A DNA stretch of 64,000 bases from Chiloscyllium plagiosum (taxonomy: Eukaryota): NCBI RefSeq assembly GCF_004010195.1, contig NC_057711.1, positions 70,539,018 through 70,603,017 of the forward strand. The letters run 5' to 3'. Of the stretch, positions 1-13,348 are shown piece after piece (the stretch's first letter is position 1; every line of letters starts with the position of its first letter). The notes beneath the pieces were generated by a model. The model did no database searches. It saw nothing but the letters and a program-made list of their open reading frames with translations, and was not told the origin of the DNA. Position numbers and translations under genes: made by a program.

Positions 1-159
1 TCTTTTTAATCGGTACACCGCTTTCCTGTGATATCACTCCAGTGTTTGCTTTTCCAGTTCAGATATTTTTGGATTAACCTGTTGAGAGATCTTGCACCCC
101 TGTGGAGCAGATGGGACCTGAACCTGGGCTTCCTGGCTCAGAAGTAATAAGAGCTGCTT

Positions 160-2168
160 TAAATATATAAAAGAGAAGAGAGAGGTCAAATTTAAAGTAG
201 GCATCTTTAGAAAATGAATCTGCGGAGACAGTCATGGGAACAAGGAATCGGCAGAGGAGTTAAGCAGATATTTTGCATGAGTTTTTACAGTGCAAGATAT
301 TCAGACATCCCATTAAGTACCATCACCATCACTAAAGAAGTACTCTTAAACAAACTAATGGCGCTGAAGGCTGCTGAGACCCCGGCCCTGATGGCTTGCA
401 TCCTGAGATCCAGAAGAGGTAGCTACAGAGATATAGGATGCGTTGGTTATTAATTATCCAAAAAACTTTAGAAATACCAGAGGAATGGAAAACTGCAGAG
501 TCAGCTTGGCTTCATGAAAGGGAATCATTCCTGAATATTATTAGAGTTTTTTTTTTAGGAGTTGCAACCAGAGTGAATAGAGAGGAGCCAGTAGATGTGT
601 TGTATTTGGACTTCCAGAAAACATTGGACAAGGTACCCCTCAAAAGGGTAAATCATAAGATTAAGAGCTCAGTGTTGGAGGTGGTTTATTAGTATAGATA
701 GTTTCCTGCCCAGGCCAATTATCTATCTAGGATAAAGGGTTCCTTTTCAGGTTTGCAGGATATAACCAGTGAGGTTCCACCAGTGAGTGCTGAGCCCATT
801 GTTGACTAATAATATACAGCATATATTATTGACTTGGAGGAAGGAAATGAAGTGAATGTAGTGCAGCCAGATTTGCAGATGTCACAAAAATAGATGGGAA
901 CTAGGTTGTGAGAATGATACAACATTTGACAGAGATATTGATAGGTCAAGTACGTGGGCAAAAACTTGGCAGTTGAAGTATAATGTGGGAAATTGTGAAG
1001 TTGTTCATCTTTGAAGGGAGAACAAAAGAGTATTATTTAAATGGAGAAAAACTGCAGAAAGCTGTAACACAAATGGGCTTGTGTATAAAATGCACAAAGC
1101 TAGAAAAAGAAAGTGAGGACTGCAGATGCTGGAGTCAAGAGTGTGGTGTTGGAAAAGCACACAGGCCAGACAGCATCCAAGGAGCAGGAGAATTGACGTT
1201 TTAGGCATAAGCCCTTCATCAGGAAAGACTCACTCCTGATGAAGAGCTAATGCCTGAAACGTCGATTCTCCTGCTCCTCAGATGTTGCCCCCGCCCCCAT
1301 ATATCTCTCAGTCCCTCTGGCCCACAAGCCTCATTCCTGATGAAGGGCTTATGCCAGAAGCGTCAATTCTCTTGCTCCTTGGATGCTGCCTGACCTGCTG
1401 TGCTTTTCCAGCACTACACTCTTGATGATGAAAGCTAGAGCACTGGTATAGCAAGTAGTCAGGAAGGCTGATGGCATGTTGGCCCTTATTTGAAGGGAGC
1501 TGGAGTATGAGAGGAGTGAAATCTTACAGGAAGTGTACAAGGTATTGGTGAGACCACATCTGGAGCACTGCGGGCAGTTTTGGTCCCCTTATTTCAGGAA
1601 AGGTATTGTTTCACTGGAGGCAGTTCAGAGAAAGCTCATTGAGGTCACTCTTATTCTTCTAAAATCCAGTGAGGAGAGCCCCAGCCTGTTTAGCCTTTGC
1701 TTGTACCTCCATACAATCATCCTAGCAAAGACTCAATAGATGGGGTCTCTACACACTGGATTTTAAAAGAAGAGAGGTGATCTCATGGAAACAAAGAGAA
1801 TTCGCAACGGGCTTGACAGGATAAATGCTGAGAGGATGTTCGCCCACGTGGGAGAGTCTAGGACCAGAGGGCACAATCTCAGGTTCAAGGGGTGCCTATT
1901 TAAGATTGAGATGAGGAGGATTTCCTTTACTGAAGGGTAAAGTCTTTGGAACTCTTTGTTACAGAGAACTGTGGGGGCAGAGTCCTTGTGTAGGTTTGAG
2001 GTTGAGATAGATCCTTGATCAGTAGAGGAATCAAAGGATACAGGAAAAAGGCAGGGAAGTGGACATGAGGAATGTCTGATCAGCCATGATCCTGTTGCAT
2101 GGTGGAGCAGACTTAAGGGTCTAACTGGCCTTCTCCTGTTCCTGTTTTGTTTGGTTTTATGGTCTTAT
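160..2168 (+). mobile_element. Degraded CR1-clade LINE (RT region to 3' end), interrupted by a Penelope-like insertion
   Basis: Broken RT motifs VDVLYLDFQKTLDKVP (~590-640), FADVTKI (~872) and YKVLVRPHLEHCGQFWSPY (~1535). CR1-type 3' end near 2100-2168. Confidence 0.85.
1105..1430. mobile_element. Penelope-like (Neptune-type) terminal-repeat insertion: one inverted plus two tandem pseudo-LTR pieces, three hammerhead-like cores
   Basis: TSD aaagctaga at 1096-1104 and 1431-1439. CTGATGA..GAAAC core at 1236 (+), core at 1337 (+, GAAG mutant) and a degenerate core at ~1195-1222 (-). Same terminal sequence as the GIY-YIG-bearing copy at 49479-50485. Confidence 0.8.
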
Positions 2169-2493
2169 GCAGGAGCTAGCAAGCACAAATGGGATGGGTA
2201 AATGGAAGGTAGTATGAATTGGATATGGGCAGCAGAGTTCATATTTGTGTAAGATAGAAGATGATGGCTGGCAAGAAGGGCATTGGTGTAGTCGAGTTGA
2301 GGGCCAACAAGAAAACGGATGAAGTTTCATTAGAAGATGAGCTGTGTCAAATATGGAGGTGAAAATAGGCCTCACTATCTGTGTGTTCAGTATCTCTAGA
2401 TGAAATTTGACAGGAAATGATCCCTGACAATGGCTGGATTGAACAAAATATAAACTGTCGAGCATATTTCTGCTGGAGAGTAGAGGAATAGAA

Positions 2494-2618
2494 TATGATT
2501 TGGAGATGCCGTGTTGGACTGGGGTGTACAAAGTTAAAAATCACAACACCAGGTTATAGTCCAACAGGTTTAATTGGAAGCACTAGCTTTCGAAGCGCTG
2601 CTCCTTCATCAGGTGATT
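2494..2618 (-). mobile_element. Penelope-like family 2 terminal repeat with minimal hammerhead motif
   Basis: Reverse complement reads cacCTGATGAaggagcagcgcttcGAAAgcTAgtg. Near-identical to 15117-15233 on +. Confidence 0.7.
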
Positions 2619-3210
2619 GTGATTATTGTGATTTGATAGGTCTGAGCAGGTCAAGTTACAGACGATATTGGCAGGTGCCATATGTCAAAATAATGGTCTT
2701 GAAGGGCTCTTGAGATTTTAAGGACTACTCCTCGATGTTTGGTGACTTTTATTTCCTTAAGGGATGACATTTCCATTCTCTCTAACTCGTTCAGTATTGA
2801 ATCACAGTTACGTTGTAAATTACCCTCTATTTGTATTGACATGTGGGAGATTTGGACTCTTTCTTTCCCCCTAATTCTACATCCAAGTACTTAGTATCCT
2901 CTATGATTATCAATTTTGCATTAAACTTAAAACTACAACAAATGCTCAAGGAAGTCTTAAATTTCCAGGGCACAGTCTTATTTAAACTGACATAAGACAA
3001 CAGACATAGGCCAGCATACTACTTTTCCAAAAATTGACAACACTTCATAATTAAGTTATAATACATTCATTTCCTATGACTTTGAGTTTTCTTGGCTACC
3101 AGTTAGCTAACTTTACCTTGTGGACAGGTTCTCTCGGCAGCTTTCTCTCTCTGTCTCTGTCTTTCTCACTCTCTCTCACATTCTCACTCTCACTTTCTCA
3201 TTCTCTCACT

Positions 3211-3462
3211 CTCACTCTTCCCCCACCAATTTCCTCTTCTCGTATTTGTGTCCAAGACCAGGATTAAAGTCAGTGGTTCTGTGGTAAAATACACAGATTG
3301 GGTGCAGTTGGCATGGAACATTGACAAACTGTTGTCCTCACTCTTCCCCCACCAATTTCCTCTTCTCGCGTTTGTGTCCAAGACCAGGATTAAAGTCAGT
3401 GGTTCTGTGGTAAAATACACAGATTGGGTGCAGTTGGCATGGAACATTGACAAACTGTTGTC
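3211..3462. repeat. Direct tandem duplication, 2 x 126 bp
   Basis: 3211-3336 and 3337-3462 differ at 2 adjacent positions (cgTAtttg vs cgCGtttg). Begins at the end of a CT-rich tract. Confidence 0.95.
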
Positions 3463-3659
3463 CAAGTTATGTGTGGGGGAGGTAACTAGAGGACACAATG
3501 GTAGACTAATTCTGTGAATAAAATGAATTCAAATCCAGGAGACATATGGAATTGATTACAGGAATAGAAAAATCCAGAAGTGGCAGAGAAATGCACCTTG
3601 TGTCACACTCGTTGAGGTGGTGTGTTGGAAAATAAGCCTCACTATTTTTGGAGTTGTCA

Positions 3660-4991
3660 CAAAACTGTGGGAAGCTAGGAAAGTGATTGCTGGGCCTCTT
3701 ACTGAGATACTTGTATCATTGATAGTCACAGGTGAGGTGCTGGAAGACTGGAGGTTGGCTAATGTGGCGCCACTGTTTTAGAAGGGCGGTAAAGACAAGC
3801 CAGGGAATGATAGACCGGTGAGCCTGACGTCACTTGTGGGCAAGTTGTTGGAGGGAATCCTGAGGGACAGGATGTACATTTATTTGGAAAGGCAAGGACT
3901 GATCAGGGATAGTCAGCATGGCTTTGTGCGAGGGAAATCATGTCTTAGAAACTTGATTGAGTTTTTTGAAGAAGTAACAAAGAGGATTGATCGGGGCAGA
4001 CCGGTAGATGTGATCTATGTGGATTTCAGTAAGGCCTTCAAGAAGGTTTACTATGGGATACTGTTTAGCAAGGTTAGATCTCATGGAATACAGGAAGAAC
4101 TAGCCATTTGGATACAGAACTAGCTCAAATGTAGAAGACAGAGGGTGGTGTGGGCTAATGGGCTGAGAAGTGGCAGATGGAGTTTAATTTAGAAAATGTG
4201 AGGTGCTACATTTTGGGAAAGCAAATCTTAGCAGGATTTATACATTTAATTGTAAGGTCCTTGGGAGTGTTGCTGAACAAAGAGACCTTGGAGTGCAGGT
4301 TCGTAATTCCTTGAAAGTGGAGTTGCAGGTAGATAGGATAGTGAAGAAGGCGTTTGGTATGCTTTCCTTTATTGGTCAGAGTATTAAGTACAGGAGTTGG
4401 GAGGTCATGTTGCAGCTATACAGGACATTGGTTAGGCCACTGTTGGAATATTGCATGCAATTCTGTTCTTCTTCCTATCGGAAGGATGTTGTGAAACTTG
4501 AAAGGGTTCAGAAAAGATATACAAGGATGTTGCTAGGGTTGGAGGATTTGAGCGGTAGGGAGAGGTTGAATAGGCTAGGGCTGTTTTCCTTGGAGCATCA
4601 GAGGCTGAGGGATCACCTAATCGAGGTTTATAAAATCATGAGGGGTATGGATAGGGTAAATAGACAAAGTCTTCACCCTGTGGTGGGGGAGTCCAGAAAT
4701 AGAGGGCATAGGTTTAGGGTGGGAGGGAAAATACATAAAAGAGCACTCAGGGGGGATCTTTTTTCACACAGAGGGTAGTACGTGTTTGGAATGAGCTGCC
4801 AGAGGAAGTGGTGGAGGCTCGTACAATTGCAACATTTAAAAGGTATCTGAATGGGTATGTGAATAGGAAGAGTTTGGAGGGATATGGGCCAGTTGATGGC
4901 AGGTACGATGAGATTGGGTTGGAATGTCTGATCGGCATGAACAAGTTGGACCGAAGGGTCTGTTTCTGTGCTGTACGCCTTTATGACTCTA
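3660..4991 (+). mobile_element. HER1/CR1 LINE, 5'-truncated RT region and 3' end, with internal deletion
   Basis: SLTSLVGKLLEGIL, QHGFVRGKSCL, VDVIYVDFSKAF and LYRTLVRPLLEYC motifs. The segment with [13 protein letters not shown] is missing at ~4150. 3' tail tgtgctgtac..tatgactcta. Confidence 0.92.
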
Positions 4992-5187
4992 CTTGGTGGA
5001 ACTTGATTAAACCAGTGAATTGCCATATTTTAGTCAATTCTCTAATTCAGGCTAAAAGAATATGGACACTTCCTTTTTCATTTAAAAAGGAATTATTATT
5101 TATTACTAATTTGTGACTTTGTAAATTAAACTGAACTCCTCTTTTCAAAATTGTCATGCGTGTGCAAACAGACACACAAAGACAAAA

Positions 5188-6031
5188 GCTAAAAATGTGT
5201 TGCTGGAAAAGCGCAGCAAGTCAGGCAGCATCCAAGGAGCAGGAGAATCGACGTTTCGGGCATGAGCCCTTCTTCAGGATTGAGGAAAGTGTGCCAAGCA
5301 GGCTAAGACAAAAGGTAGGGAGGAGGGACTTGGGGGAGGGGCGTTGGAAATGCGATAGGTGGAAGGAGGTCAAGGTGAGGGTGATAGGCCGGAGTGGGGT
5401 GGGGGCGGAGAGGTCAGGAAGAAGATTGCANNNNNNNNNNNNNNNNNNNNNNNNNNNNNNNNNNNNNNNNNNNNNNNNNNNNNNNNNNNNNNNNNNNNNN
5501 NNNNNNNNNNNNNNNNNNNNNNNNNNNNNNNNNNNNNNNNNNNNNNNNNNNNNNNNNNNNNNNNNNNNNNNNNNNNNNNNNNNNNNNNNNNNNNNNNNNN
5601 NNNNNNNNNNNNNNNNNNNNNNNNNNNNNNNNNNNNNNNNNNNNNNNNNNNNNNNNNNNNNNNNNNNNNNNNNNNNNNNNNNNNNNNNNNNNNNNNNNNN
5701 NNNNNNNNNNNNNNNNNNNNNNNNNTCTTTTCGGAACGCTGATAGGGGAGGGGAGGGAAATATATCCCTGGTGGTGGGGTCCGTTTGGAGGTGGCGGAAA
5801 TGATGAAGGATGATACGATATATATGGAGGTTGGTGGGGTGGTAGGTGAGGACCAGTGGGGTTCTGTCCTGGTGGCGAATGGACGAGCGGGGCTCAAGGC
5901 CGGAGGAGCGGGAAGTGGAGGAGATGCGGTGGAGAGCATCGTCGATCACGTCTGGGAGGAAATTGCGGTCTTTGAAGAAGGACGCCATCTGGGTCGTACG
6001 GTATCTCCAGCATCTGCAGTCCTCACTTTCT
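5188..6031 (-). mobile_element. Penelope-like (Neptune-type) element spanning the assembly gap
   Basis: TSD acacaaagacaaaa at 5174-5187 and 6032-6045. Minus-strand peptide MASFFKDRNF..RTPLVLTYHP..RHLQTDPTTRDIFP (RT-endonuclease linker). Hammerhead-like core at ~5249-5277 (-). Confidence 0.88.
5431..5725. other. Assembly gap (295 N)
   Basis: Run of N inside the Penelope-like element. Confidence 1.
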
Positions 6032-8389
6032 ACACAAAGACAAAACACAAGTATTGTGGGTGGGAAAGAAAAATAATGTCAGAAGTGTAATTGTGGCACC
6101 GGTCTGGATTGTAGATGTGGGTTGTTTTCTTTTGACTCCTTCCAACTCTTTGCTAATGCTATGAAGTTGTGGTTATGTGAATTCTGTCTTCCATTCATTG
6201 GTTGAGGATTTGCCTTTCCAGTTCTTTTGAAAGTGGTTTCTCTGCTTTTCCTTTCAACAGGTGATTTTGCAGAGAGAACAACTCCCGATGGGGGAAGAGT
6301 TGCTCGCTCCTTGTGGTTTTCTTTTACTTCTCCACATAGATTGGAGAGCCAAGAAAAGGATGCTTTCTGTTTGCAGTCTGAATGTTTCTTTAGTGTAGTC
6401 TACACCCAAGGCTAGACACAGGAAACAATCTGTGTTGGGCCCTGATGAGCCCACAGCAATTAATTGTAATTGAAAAGTTAATCAAAGGCCTCTCTCTCGG
6501 CAAAATTGCTCAACCACAGACAGTGGCATTCTGTTTGGAATGCTCAGTCACTGTTTTAATAAGGCAAGCTTGTAGATACAACTCTGTTCCAATAACCTGG
6601 TTTTAAACTGCAAACATTTTGCTCACTTTACTAGGTTTAAAGTAGTATGTTTTGCCTGATTTTTTAATTTTTATTTTCTCAGTCCACATTTTTAAAAAAT
6701 ACATTAAAATGGTCTTTGAACTTGGCCCAGCAACATCAATCTCTGACCGGGAAGTGATAAGTCGCAGGAGGCGATAAATGCAGCAGAGTAATTAATTCCA
6801 GAAAGTAAATTTTGAGCATTGTAAAATCCAGTTGATTTAAACGATGCCTTTACTTTTTCTTCCATTGAATAGAGATGCAGCCTTGTTGGCGTCAGAAAAA
6901 GAGACTTGCACATCTAAGTCATTGAGGCCTGTTTGGAGGCTGTGGAGGTGCTACCAATTGTGAATGAAATGTAAGAAAATGATCACACAACAAAAGACAA
7001 ACTCTCTGTTGTTATGTGGGCGTTCATACTGTATGATTCTCTGAGATCCTGAGTGGCATCGAAGTCTGCATTAAACCTGACTCTGGCTACAGATCACCAC
7101 AGAACCAATTAAAAATGAAAGTAAAATGTTGATTAACGCTGAGAAGCAATTCTGTGAAGAAGTGCTCACCAGTAATGGTACTTGTCCTTTGCAAATACTT
7201 GCCAACACAATTAACTTTTGAGTGTTCCAAGTGAATTAAATGAAGTGGTAATAATGACTCTGGATCTAAAGATATTTATTATCATGTACAACATAATGCA
7301 ACATTATCAAGATTTCTTTATAGTATTAACATAGCAAATAATACATCATTTTACATATGCTTTGAGGCTTCCAACAAAGTAAGAGTGGGCATATGAAATT
7401 TTCATGCCAGTACAGATTTGAACAGAGGGGGCTGTGACTGACCTAACAGGACAATAACAGATTAGCAATCTGTGACTTTCCACATGTGGAAAGAGTGCTT
7501 TGAACAATATGACATGCGGATGAAATGCCAGAAATGAAAAGGCAGTAGCTGGAGGTGGTAGTGGGTGGCGATAATTTAAGTTAATGAATTAAAAGCTTTG
7601 CACAAGCAGTACATTATACAACACTGAATGTTGGCTTATGCGCAAGTGATTTTTGATGTTGTTTTATTGTTTGTTTATACTGCTGCTGAATTCCTGACCA
7701 AAAAGTCAGCAGTGACATTGCTTGTAGATTAATATTGTGTAACATAATTAGTGTCAGCACTAAAAATGGTTTTTTTTTGGAATATCTCACACTCAATGGT
7801 CACTTTATGTTCTGATTAATTTCAGTGGAGTCAACTGCAACCATTTGAACGTGGGAAGTGGTATGAAAGGAGCAGTTTTACAATTCATAATTCCTTTGGA
7901 TTTCAGCTGTTTTGTTTTTAAAATAACTCTTTTAACTTCCACTTAATTTTCTGGAAAGGAAGCATCACAATTCTGAAGAATTTCCTCTTGCTTTCTAATC
8001 TAATTTGTATTTGTCTTGAATCTGTGCATTTTGTTTTTTGATCCCTGAAATATCGGATGCTGTTTGCTGACAAACATAGAACATTAGCAACACAGAAGGA
8101 GAACATTTGGCTGTTAGTCTGTGCTGCTCTGTTTTATTGTTTCATGATTTCAAACATGTCGTATTACTCCATAAGATGTGTCCGCATCTGCATTACACTC
8201 TTTCCAAAGCCATTATTCTTATTGAAACCTAGCATTGCGTGAACACCTCAACTTTCAGTTTGGTTTGTTAGTACCTTCTTTTGACTTTTGTATTCTAAGC
8301 CTATTTTGATAAATGTGCCTCAATGTCCTCTGAACCTGTATTTCAAAATCTTTGCTGTTTTACAGAAAGCATGTTCAGCATTCTAAATA

Positions 8390-8752
8390 TTGGTGGTACT
8401 TTTAACCAGAAACTTGAGGCAGCACCTTCCAAATTCATGACCACTCCCACCTAGAAGGCCATGGGAAATAGATACATGGGAATCCCTCAACCTGCAAATC
8501 TTTTCTCTTTCCTCACCCCAAAAGCCACTCCACACCCTGATTTGGAAATATTTCGCTGTCCCTTCTGCCACTGGATCAAAACCTTGGAACTCTCTCCTTA
8601 ATTCACATTGTGTGGGCCTACCTACAGCACATGGACTGTAGCAGTTCAAGAAACCAACTCATTACCAACTTCTTAAGGGCATAGAGGGACTGGCAATAAA
8701 TGCTGACCAGCCAGCAAATGTTTACGTCCCGTGACTGAATTTTAAAAAAAAT
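8390..8752 (+). mobile_element. 3' end of an old CR1/L2-type LINE (tail ggcaataaatgctg..ccagc)
   Basis: Tail motif recurs at 41885-41943. Overlapping body sequence recurs inverted at ~19760-20160. Confidence 0.6.
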
Positions 8753-10111
8753 GCAGCACTTTTTACTCTATTGAGCATTTGTCCTGTTTGCTCATTTCCC
8801 CAGTTTTATTTACCTTTGCAGTGACATTTTATTGTCTAAAGAAATAACAAGCCATCTATTTTAGCTTTTGTACATTTTGACATGATTCTCACTGGGTATG
8901 TCTTAGTGATTTGAATATATGCAGTGAATTCCAAGGGCTTTTGATAGAAACTTTATTCCTCACCTAAATTCAGTTTACTCTCCTGCACATTCATTTTTAT
9001 AAACTTCCATGTAATACCTTATTTAAGGTTTTCCTAAAGTCCATGCACATTACATCAACTACATTTTCTTCACCTTCCATGTAGTTAATCTCCAAAAGAA
9101 TTGGGATTTATCAAATATGATCCTTTTTGATGTCCATGTTGTCCACATCTAAATCATTTCTCTTTTATTTAGTGGGCAAAAATCCATTTTGGATTCAAGA
9201 GAGTAAAATACTTCATGATGCAGATGTTAAACTAATAGGCTTCTAATTACCCAGCTTAGTGCTGTCCTTATTTGTAAGAATGTGGGTCCCCTGGCACATA
9301 TCTATGTTCACAAAAACACAATAACTTGAATTTATATAGTTTTATAGCAGGATAACATTTAAAAGTATTTCTTGAGCATTCACAGTATTCTTCTTTATCA
9401 ACATCTGGATCTGAGGTCATGATTCATTAGGCCTGTTTAACTAACAAACATTAGCTTGCTTAGCCAAACAAACTTATCCAACACTTTTCATTATCCAGTG
9501 TGATATTACACACTTTTGTCTCAGTCACTTTTGGGTTCATGACTTCTCTGCTCCTTTTTTCGCTCATTACTAAAGGCTCATATGAAGTAATTGTTCATTA
9601 TCTTAAAAAATATTGGCTCATAGTCTTGCGAGTTGAACAATCATTTTCGCGTGGGCCCCCAGTTTGGTTTTAGCTCGCTTTACTGGCATAAATGTAAAAT
9701 ATTTTTGTTGTTTCTTTTGATATTTTTGACACTTCACGTTCCACCTTGCCTTTTTCTTCATTCAGATTTTAACCTTGTATTTTCATATTTTACGTTTAAT
9801 TTGTATGACAGTCCATTTCAATATTAATTGCATCCTAAATGCTTTATTTGTACATAACTCCTGAAATCGAGTCTTGCTTTTTTGATGGAATATGTTTGCT
9901 GTTTACATATGCAACATAATTTAGAAAGAGAAATCAAAGTCCGGCTGCTGTGTCAGTCCTGTGTGCAAACGTCTTTCATTTCACCTCCACCAACTCGCTC
10001 TACATTACTCTCAAATCCTCTGTAATCCAAGCTGTTGCTCTACTTTTGTATTGACTGTTTTAATTTCTAATTGATTCTTAAACCTTGCATTATTGGGAGC
10101 AGTGATCAGAT

Positions 10112-10645
10112 ACGGGTTAGGCCGCTTTTGGAATACTTTCAGTTCTGGTCTCACTGCGACAGGAAAGATGTAGTCAAAGGTTTACGGGTTCGGAAAAGAT
10201 TTACAAGCATGTTGCCAGGGTTTGAGCTATAAGGAGAGGCTGAATAGGCTGGGTTGTTTTCTCTGGAGCATCGGTGGCTGAGAGGGTGACCTTATAGAAG
10301 TTTATAAAATCATGAGTGGCATAGGATGAATAGCCACGGTCTTTTTCCCTAGGGGAGGAGAGTCTAAGGTGTACAAGTTTAATGTGAGTGGAGAAAGAGT
10401 TGAAAGGGACCTGAGGGGCAACTTTTTCATGCAGAGGGTGGAATGAACTGTAAAAGGAAGTGATGGAGGCTGGTACAATAACAATATTTAAAAGGCATCT
10501 GAATGGGTATATAAGTAGGAGTGGTTTAAAGGGATATGCGCTAAATGCTGGTAAATGGGACTAGATTAATTCAGGATATCTGGACGTCGTGGATGAATTT
10601 GACTGAAAGGTCTGTTTCCATGCTGTACAGCTCTATGGCTCTCTA
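10112..10645 (+). mobile_element. HER1/CR1 LINE 3' fragment
   Basis: Colinear with 4430-4991 and the reverse complement of 17726-18290. Confidence 0.88.
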
Positions 10646-11419
10646 ACTTGGCCACACAAACATGTCTACCTGATCTAACTCATTACTCGTAACCATATCT
10701 AATAATATATTGCCCCATATAAGGTATGTTAACACACTGTTTGAGGAAGGGTAGACACTTTAGAAATCTATTCCCTTTTTTCTACCATTTGCTGCCTCAA
10801 TGAGGCGAAATATCCCCAATAAACAATTAGCTATTCCCACTAATCTTTCTATTCTACTCAAAATTGTGGATGGAAAATCTATCATTAAAAGTCTTTTATT
10901 CACATGTCCCAGTATAACATATAATTTAAATTCTTTTTGAGGTTCATCCTTTTTTTCTATTTTCTGTCTGTTCTGCAGCATGTGCTAATTTTAGTCAGTG
11001 TTACAACTGTATCTCTTAAATGTATTCTATTCTAATACATTAACTTTTAATTATTGGCTAGTTTGGTCAGCTAAGGCTGTTCATTTTAGATTTTCCTATA
11101 AAAGGATTGCTTTCCTCGCCCCTACCCCCTTCCCACAATTTGGAATGGCAGCATTCTAATCTTTTGTTCTGTCCATTATCTTGCATATGAATATATGCTT
11201 TAGGAGGAGAATTAGGTTCTTTGACCCTTCAAGTCTGATTTGCCATTCAGTAAGATCGTAGCTGATATGTTAGCTCTGAACCCAAGTTCATGTTGTCACA
11301 GTTTATTGCTACAATGATCTTTGTCCTGAATATCACTGGCATCTAGAGGTTCCAACATTTGGCAATTGCAGCACATCATTTGCCCCGCCATCTCTCATGT
11401 TTTAATGACTTAATAACTT

Positions 11420-12610
11420 TAACTTTAACTTTATACCTCAGATAGCCCATCCCGCCTGATAAGTTTTCGCACTACCAGTGAATTTTACTCTCTCAAGTAT
11501 ATTCACTGGAATTTAGAAGAATGAGAGGGATGTCCTGGAAGTAGAGATCTTTGTGACTTTAACCAGTGACCATTTATCAGCCACAATAAAGAGTTGCAGG
11601 AATTTAATGAAATTCAGTTGTGTGATGATGAAACTGTGCAGATCTGACAGTTCTATCTTGATCGCTAGCCAGAGTATGTCTGCAGTAGCTCTCTCCCGAG
11701 GCAGTACTTTGATCTCCTCTGGTACGTCAGTATTATTGATGAATTCTGGTCTATGATGTGAGGTCCTTGCTCTCATGACTTCCCCATCTGGATTATGTCC
11801 ATCACATTTAGCAAGGGTAATCCATGTGCAGGTCATTTTCTTGAACACATGGTCTCCAACTGTGCCTCCTTTTGTCTCCTGTAACACTGACAGGAGCAGG
11901 ATAAACTTCCTCATCTCTCATTTCCAGCCAAACCATGGAACGCCTTGACTTTGATCTGAAAGAGTTTCCAAGAATGTTTTCTCTTATCCTGGTCAACTAT
12001 TATTCAAATGGATCGAGGTTGAGGAGCTTAATTGACCAATTTTGAAAACAGTTATAATGTCTTTGATAGCTATGCTTTTCTTCACATAATCTTGGGTGTA
12101 TTTATTTGTGATAATGGGCCACAATGTTTCAGTGCTTTATGGCCTTAGATTGATATGTACACAAGTTCACTAAGATGCCCTGAAACAAACTACGAAGCCT
12201 AGAGAGGAGTTCCATAACATTTAAAAGCTTCCTGAGACACAGTCAAAATTTTCATTCATCCCATTCAACTACAACTCCACACAGTCACAAGAATGGCCTT
12301 GCCCTATGCTGATTTTGATTATCCACAGTCTTGAAAACCCAACAATTTTCCCTTTCCCAGGTAGTAAAACCACGTATAATGGGCAGAACCTTGAAGAAAC
12401 ACAGTGGAAAGAACATTTATACAGCCGACCAAGCTTGCACTTTAGTTCCAAGACGCAGGGCTCATGACCTGCCCTTAATGGAAAAAGGAGCTGAGGTGTG
12501 GTTCAGGCCCCAGCAGTGAGAGGACATTGTGATTGCGAGGCTCCAGCAACTCAGATTATACCTTGTCCAAACATCAAATGGCTTTACTTGAAAGAACAGG
12601 AATGCTTTGA
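11420..12610 (+). mobile_element. Gypsy/Ty3 LTR-retrotransposon pol relic (integrase), frameshifted
   Basis: Piecing frames gives FPAKPW..RLDFDL (~11921), LILVNYYS(K)WIEV (~11983), FICDNGPQ (12101), TSSLRCPETNYEA*RGV (~12161) and AHDLPLMEKGAEVW (~12460), a decayed DD35E integrase core. Confidence 0.75.
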
Positions 12611-13189
12611 TTTTTAATTTTTAAAAGAAATCAGTAGCTGGATGGGTTGCATACCCTAATGCTTGTTTGGAGAATGTGCCAAAACAGCCACTGCTGCCTG
12701 AGCACTGGCATGTGGAACTGGTGCTTGAATCTGTCGGCCCTAGAAATTCTATCACAGTTGTTGTTCGACAGACCCTGTTAATGTTTATTCACCTGAGTGG
12801 ACTCACCTGATCCTACTGTGTCCTGTTCTGATGAAAGATTACAGACCTGAAACATGAAGTGTATTTTGCTCTTCATGGTTGGTGCTTGACCGGATCAGTA
12901 TTTCGAGCATTCAGATTTCCACCATCTTCAGTATTCTATTTTTAATTGTAAACCTTTTAATATTGAGGCATTGCTTAACAGGGAGCTAATGTGGATCAGC
13001 AAGTACACGGATGGTCGGTGAATGGAACTTGATGAGTCAGATTGCAACAGCAGAAGATTTGTGGGAGTGTGTTATAATAAAAAAAAATGCAGCTAATCAC
13101 ATTTGGTTTTGTTCAGGAAAATTATTTTTCAAAATATATTTGTTTACAAATCTCTTTCTGTCCTTGTCTAACTTTCCCTTTGTCTCGGA

Positions 13190-13300
13190 TCTACTTCTCC
13201 TTCTCTCACTCTCTCTCTCACACTTTCCCTCCTTTCCCCTTCCCCCTCCTTCCTTTCACTCTCTCCCCCTCCCCTCTCACTCCCTCCCCCTCCCCTCCCC

Positions 13301-13348
<48 letters not shown>

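Noticed and set aside
3190..3517. ORFs with internal 42-aa repeats, or a CRISPR-like array
   Set aside because: Simple two-copy 126-bp duplication with no spacers; the context is eukaryotic.
5156..6048. Several long ORFs containing X runs
   Set aside because: Artefacts of translating the 295-N gap within a Penelope element.
6241..6415. Strong acceptor (ttttcctttcaacAG at 6260) followed by an open frame
   Set aside because: No convincing donor downstream and no homology to CK1, so an exon cannot be supported.
9633..9827. ORF beginning NNHFRVGPQF, reminiscent of the CK1-gamma GPNFRVGKKIG exon
   Set aside because: No KKIGCGNFGE glycine loop or matching donor; chance similarity. The true upstream exon was not found in the window.
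11513..11914. 133-aa minus-strand ORF as a novel protein
   Set aside because: Antisense to the decayed Gypsy pol relic; no recognisable domain.
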